From positions 13,330,001 through 13,394,000 of the forward strand of contig NC_090353.1 of the NCBI RefSeq assembly GCF_035084215.1: a DNA stretch of 64,000 nucleotides. Direction: 5' to 3'. This document shows positions 63,979 to 64,000 of this stretch, in pieces. Made by a program: the position numbers and the translations under genes. Source of the DNA: Heptranchias perlo (taxonomy: Eukaryota). A model generated the notes under the pieces. The model saw only the letters and a list, made by a program, of their open reading frames with translations. It was not told where the DNA came from and ran no database searches. The first letter of the stretch is position 1; every line of letters starts with the position of its first letter.

Positions 63979-64000
63979 GCTTCCACCACCCTTTCAGGTA

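Noticed and set aside
1-64000. CRISPR arrays, rRNA, true tRNA genes, prokaryotic operons
   Set aside because: None seen. The tRNA-like boxes belong to SINE heads and the DNA is eukaryotic.

Overview
Vertebrate genomic DNA, most likely from a cartilaginous fish (inferred from the repeat landscape, not proven). It contains two convergent, intron-containing genes in the tail-to-tail arrangement known from human 19p13.3. The last three coding exons of MPND lie on the + strand (859-6247). Exons 3-10 of endophilin A2 (SH3GL1) lie on the - strand (60285 down to 22840), including a 54-nt linker exon missed by the ORF track. Nearly all other ORFs in the track are transposon debris or chance ORFs. The rest of the window is CR1 and L2 LINE fragments, several SINE families, two hAT elements with 8-bp target-site duplications (TSDs), MITEs and Penelope-like elements (PLEs). 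The most notable structure is a young PLE cluster (38876-44089) with RT, GIY-YIG and minimal hammerhead-ribozyme motifs, whose long inverted repeats sit beside and around SH3GL1 exon 7. Also notable are a 133-bp hammerhead-only PLE insert, a perfect 74-bp locally templated patch inside a CR1 copy, and a strong CTCF motif between the two genes. I see no evidence for a new protein-coding system. Coordinates were read by eye: exon borders were checked against GT-AG sites and frame, while repeat borders are approximate.
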